A stretch of 55,900 nt of DNA from a virus (taxonomy: Duplodnaviria; Caudoviricetes). The notes beneath the pieces were generated by a model. That model had not been told where the DNA came from, ran no database searches, and worked only from the letters and a program-made list of their open reading frames with translations. This document shows positions 55,222 to 55,900 of the stretch, in pieces. Position 1 is the first letter of the stretch. Each line of letters starts with the position of its first letter. Where the stretch lies: IMG/VR virus record IMGVR_UViG_3300047667_000954, positions 1 to 55,900 of that record; one strand, 5' to 3'. Position numbers and translations under genes: made by a program.

Positions 55222-55900
55222 TTGCTATCCAATTTTTCTATAAGTGCAGTAAAGTTTCGATCCAAACTGCGCTTGTTCATAACATGTATATTTTCACCAG
55301 TGATACGAGTAAGAGAATTTTTCCAATTTTCTTTATTATTGTTCACCAAATAAATCCAATCATCTACTGCATTAATTTTTGCAATATCATCACGTTGGCT
55401 CATGTTTATTAGTTTACCAGGAAATTTACCAATACTACTTCCTGCCGCCATACCATCCATGATATGACGGGCAATTGAAACGCAAAAATCAGTTCTGTAC
55501 ATTCCCTTGGGGAATCCATAAAGCAATTGATAAAAATTATAATTGTCTGATATGTGTGCCCACAAGTCGAAGAATGTATTGGCGCCATCACTGTTCCGAT
55601 TAAAGTAAATGGCAGTGCTCCAAATCATCGGGATACCAGTGGTGTGCAAGAATTGTTGTGGGTCAGCTGGCGGCTCGCCTATCAAGTCTTCTGCTTCATG
55701 AAACATAATTACATCTTCATTACTATCAAAACAGTACTCGAGCTGATTGTTTTGTAGAATATAATCAGTATCCAAAAGTAACGTGCGATCGTACGGCGTG
55801 TATTCTATAATGCGATGCTTATTTGTATTCTTAAAGTCACTTACAAAGTTAGTGTACGGGGAGTCATAATGTATTCTTTTGTTATGCGTAAAATTGCTGT
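55218..55900 (-). CDS. GT8-like glycosyltransferase (5'-partial)
   Basis: Frame open to the window edge: YTPYDRTLLLDTDY (DxD), WSTAIYF, YRTDF..SIA.H, HVMNK. Confidence 0.65.
   Translation of the reverse strand, partial: SNFTHNKRIHYDSPYTNFVSDFKNTNKHRIIEYTPYDRTLLLDTDYILQNNQLEYCFDSNEDVIMFHEAEDLIGEPPADPQQFLHTTGIPMIWSTAIYFNRNSDGANTFFDLWAHISDNYNFYQLLYGFPKGMYRTDFCVSIARHIMDGMAAGSSIGKFPGKLINMSQRDDIAKINAVDDWIYLVNNNKENWKNSLTRITGENIHVMNKRSLDRNFTALIEKLDSK

Noticed and set aside
1-55900. Stop-codon reassignment (seen in some jumbo phages)
   Set aside because: Conserved enzymes are full length in code 11 and TAA, TGA and TAG all end genes next to downstream starts
1-55900. tRNA or other structured RNA genes
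   Set aside because: Intergenic gaps are short and I saw no cloverleaf or T-loop signature; a tRNAscan/Infernal run would be needed to be sure

Overview
A 55.9-kb fragment of a large, T4-like (probably jumbo) myophage genome, standard genetic code, densely coding, with no tRNA, rRNA, CRISPR or integrase seen. The + strand from 1 to 38 kb carries probable head-associated proteins, an amidase-SH3 endolysin, a DsbA/GapR-like DNA-binding protein, family B DNA polymerase and a probable sliding clamp. It also carries a 7-deazaguanine DNA-modification cluster (queD-like, dpdA-like, nucleotidyltransferase-cupin, GT-B glycosyltransferase, folE, queE), tdk, def, metK, an RNase H-type 5' nuclease, many small accessory genes, a MoxR AAA+ / metallopeptidase-VWA pair, DHFR and ThyA. 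From about 37 kb to the window end, mostly on the - strand, lies a large biosynthetic-type island: 5 radical SAM enzymes, 2 QueC-like PP-loop proteins, 2 Fe(II)/2OG oxygenases, 3 methyltransferases, a GNAT, a kinase-like protein and 4 GT-A-like glycosyltransferases. The most striking unexplained structures are four. (1) A 12-gene translationally coupled array of 23-aa HRTDGPA-repeat proteins with module shuffling and a constant C-terminal KLQYG cap. (2) The same C-terminal K-L-x-(Y/W/G) tag on several unrelated small proteins. (3) A shared C-terminal TFxxLF[DE] motif on the polymerase and the DpdA-like enzyme, suggesting clamp-coupled, possibly glycosylated, deazaguanine modification. (4) Stand-alone fragments resembling capsid and tail-sheath domains inside non-structural operons. 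All family assignments come from motif recognition by eye, not from database searches.
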